DNA of 64,000 nt from Octopus vulgaris (lineage: Eukaryota): the NCBI GenBank assembly GCA_951406725.2, contig OX597837.1:5580001-5644000 (forward strand), read 5' to 3'. Below, piece by piece: positions 60,887 through 64,000 of this stretch. Position numbers and translations under genes: made by a program. The notes below the pieces were generated by a model. That model did not search any database, was not told the DNA's origin, and worked only from the letters and a program-made list of their open reading frames with translations. Each line of letters begins with the position of its first letter. Position 1 is the first letter of the stretch.

Positions 60887-61154
60887 TATTGAGATTGCAA
60901 CAGACCCAATTAAGCTGCTGGAACTTCTCTTCCATTGCAATATTGTAGATTTGAAAATATATGCGTGTGAGTAAGTATGTATGTATGTATACGTATGTAC
61001 GTATGTATGTAAGTATATAGGTATATATATATGTGGATGCATGTTCGATGGTATGGAGGCATGTATATATATTTCTATCTTTCTATCTCTCTCCCCTCTC
61101 TCTCTATATATATATATGTACTAATACTTATATGCGTGCAACTCGTATATATAT

Positions 61155-61209
<55 letters not shown>

Positions 61210-61449
61210 TATATGTATATACATACATACGTGCGCACATACATATTACGACATGAGTGCTGGCACATATGTAGCTTTGTGGCTGTGCATATGTATGTGT
61301 GCATATGTATGTGTGTGTGTGTTGTGTGTGTGTCAGTGTGTATGTGTGTATTTGTGCACATACTGTCATAGCATTCATGCTGTCCTCCTCTCTATAGTTA
61401 ACAATCACTCTAACCCTGGAAACATCTTTGTCTGCGTATATATCTTATA

Positions 61450-62509
61450 TTAGCTTGTTCCGAAAATAATGGCCGCTCTAAATTTTGTGTCTTGAAACGC
61501 AGTTGTATCATAGTATTTTTATTATATTTTAGGTGAATTTCGACCTACTTAATAACTGATGTATGCACTTTAATACTTTTCTACTTATTTCAGAGACAAA
61601 ACATTCTTGAAGCATAGGCGCCCTTAATTACGAACATGAGAGAAAACGACCTTCGCTTTTTTTTTTACATGGATTCAAGATTGGGAACAATGTCCCCCAA
61701 ACTGCTGCCAATATCAACAGAACATGGGGAGAGGAGTCCACTCGTGATCGCAAAGTACGATCGCACAGAAATTCCGTAGTGGTGATGAGAGCCTTGAAGA
61801 TGAAGAAGGTAGAGGACAGTCATGCAGTCTTGATAATGAACAACTGATAGCAATTGTTGAATAAAACCCACGTCAAAGTGTCAGAGAAATGTCTCAGGCA
61901 CTTGGTGTCGGTATTGCGACGGTCTCACGTAAAATGCAGAAGATTGGTGAGGTGAAAAAGCTCGATAAATGGGTAACGAATGAGTTCAATGAAAATCAAA
62001 GAGTTCAGCGTTTTGAAGTGGGCTCAATGATCTTTCTGCGAAACACGAATAGTCCTTTTCTTGACCCGAATACTCACTTGTGACGAAAAGTGGATCTTTT
62101 ATGATAACCGTAAATGATCAGGTCAATGGATTGGTCGTGATGAGTTCCCCAACACTTTCCCAAAGCCAAAGTTGCATCAGTAAATAATTATGGTGATTGT
62201 CTGGTGGTCTGCAATTGGTGTTGTCCATTACAGCTTTCTGGAAGCTAATCAGAGTATTACAGTGAAGGTTTACTGCAATCAATTCGCTGAAATCCATGCT
62301 CACTTTCAAAAATATGAGAATTGGTGAATCGGCGTGGCCCAATTCTGCTCCACGATAATGCAAAGCCACATATTGCAAGGATGACGCTGCAGAAACTCAC
62401 AGACTTGGGATACGAGACTTTACCACATCCTCCATATTCTCCTGATCTTTCACCCACTGAATACCATATTTTAAAGCATTTAAACACGTTTTAAGTGATA
62501 AAATTTTCA
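61450..62509 (+). pseudogene. Mariner (DD34D) transposon with dead transposase, 3' end interrupted by a SINE
   Basis: TA|ttagcttgttccg putative TIR; ATG at 61636; motifs KKLDKWVTNE (WVPHEL), TCDEKWIFYDN, LLHDNAKPH, LPHPPYSPDLSPTEYH; stops and frameshifts. Confidence 0.9.
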
Positions 62510-62930
62510 GGCGCAGGAGTGGTTGTGTGGTAAGTAGCTTGTTTACCAGCCACATGGTTCCGGGTTCAGTGCCACTGCGTGGAACCTTGGGCAAGTGTCT
62601 TCTACTATAGCCTCGGGACGACCAAAGCCTTGTGAGTGGATTTGGTAGACGGAAACTGAAAGAAGCCCGTCATATATATGTATATATATATATATATGTG
62701 TGCGTGTATGTTTGTGTGTCTGTGTTAGTCCCCCTAGCATTGCTACACAATCGATGCTGGTGTGTTTATGTCCCCGTCACTTAGCGGTTCGGCAAAAGGG
62801 ACCGAAAGAATAAGTACTGGGCTTACAAAGAATAAGTCCTGGGGTCAAGTTGCTCGATTAAAGGCGGTGCTCCAGCATGGCCGCAGTCAAATGACTGAAA
62901 CAAGTAAAAAGAGAAAAATAGAGAGAGAGA
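62510..62930 (+). mobile_element. SINE A, full length
   Basis: Complete element starting ggcgcaggagtgg. Confidence 0.9.
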
Positions 62931-62937
62931 GGTCCAA

Positions 62938-63198
62938 ACCAGAGGTGGAATCAGTCCTAATAATGCTTCTAAGAAATTTAGATCCTCTTAAATTATGCGA
63001 TGGGACAAGGTTGATTGTGAAGACATTACCACCTAATGCGACAGAAGCTACCATCATCACTGGATGTGCCTCTGGGGGAAGAGGCTTTCATTCCAAGCAT
63101 TCTAATCAAACCAACAAACACGCCATTTGAGTCCAAACGAACACAATTGCCAGTGTGACTTTCCTCTGCAATGTCTATAAAGCCCAAGGTCAGTCTTT
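62938..63198 (+). pseudogene. Helitron RepHel PIF1-helicase fragment
   Basis: IMLLRNLDPLKLCDGTRLIVKTLPPNATEATIITGCASG/EEAFIPSILIKPTNTPFESKRTQLPV*LSSAMS/KAQGQS matches PIF1 motifs MLLRNL..LCNGTRL, FKR.QFP, AMTINKAQGQS. Confidence 0.9.
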
Positions 63199-63221
63199 CA
63201 GGAAGAAATTTTGTTGCAAAA

Positions 63222-63580
63222 GTCCAGGGCATCAGCACAAGGGCAATGCGTCAGCCCACAATTCAATCCAGGCAATCAACTAATTGATAGAAATAGGCAT
63301 CAGAGCTATCCCTGATCCTCCTTACAGCACAGACCTTGCTCCATTTTATTTTGGTTATTCCCCGAAGCTGAGGAAGAAATTGAAGGAATCTGTGGTAAGT
63401 GTCCTGTAAACCTTCAATCTGGAGGACCACCATGAAGCCTTCACGAAGTGTCTGGAACACTAGATCAAGGGTATTGAAGCCAGATTATCCAACTTTGAAG
63501 GAGATAAGAAATTTGTACTTATTTGATATTAATTAATGGTCCTCATTAAAATATCTCAAAATATCTGAAACGCACTTTTA
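63222..63580 (+). pseudogene. Second mariner-family transposase C-terminal fragment
   Basis: QHKGNASAHNSIQAIN*LIEIGIRAIPDPPYSTDLAPFY/WLFPKLRKKLK corresponds to HxDNAxxH...HPPYSPDLAPxDFWLFPKLK. Confidence 0.75.
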
Positions 63581-63593
63581 ATAGACACTATTG

Positions 63594-64000
63594 TGACCTC
63601 CTTCGGTCATGAATGACCATAGAATTGCACCTAGAAAGTTACCCTCCGAGGTACAAATCTGGGCAAGGTTGTTTATGGAAGATCAGCAGTCGCCCACGCA
63701 TACCAGCCTCCCCTCTCCACGCCACCGATGTTATATAAGGGAAAGGCAAAGGCCGATACAGCTCGGCACCATTGGCGTCGCAGCTTATTTATTAACGTGC
63801 AAGTGGCTGAGCACTCCACAGACACGTGTACCCTTAACGTAGTTCTCGAGGAGATTCAGCGTGACACACTGTGACAAATCTGGCCCTTTGAAATACAGGT
63901 ACAACAGAAACAGGAAGAAAGAATGAGAGAAAGTTGTGGTGAAAGAGTACAGCAGGGATCTCCACTACCCCCTGCCGGAACCTCGTGGAGCTTTAGGTGT
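63594..64000 (-). mobile_element. Group C SINE (runs off the window end)
   Basis: 63594-63785 is homologous to 43795-43990 (inverted); 63934-64000 is homologous to 36794-36860. Confidence 0.75.

Overview
AT-rich, microsatellite-saturated eukaryotic DNA, intronic or intergenic in character. From the repeat families I recognise it is most likely a coleoid cephalopod (Octopus-like); this is recall, not a database result. I cannot support any intact host protein-coding gene: nearly all ORFs in the track are translations of (TA)n, (TG)n, (TATG)n, (TAA)n and (CAC)n. The window is a transposable-element graveyard. It holds about 30 copies or fragments of three tRNA-headed SINE groups, decayed Penelope-like (PLE) RT and GIY-YIG segments, two REL-endonuclease (R4/Dong-like) retrotransposon 3' ends in (TAA)n and (TACA)n, an RTE-like non-autonomous element, a complete non-autonomous Helitron plus a PIF1-helicase relic, and mariner/Tigger relics. 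The most striking layer is a set of short (TA)n-embedded elements with type-I hammerhead ribozyme motifs: one with a fully canonical core at 14611-14694, and several covarying minimal variants with an extra A and a palindromic stem III. Many sit in fold-back inverted repeats or inside the internal (TA)n of one SINE family. Also present are a perfect 220-bp spacerless palindrome and a covarying 3' hairpin shared by three otherwise unrelated retroelements. Repeat boundaries were read by eye and are approximate.
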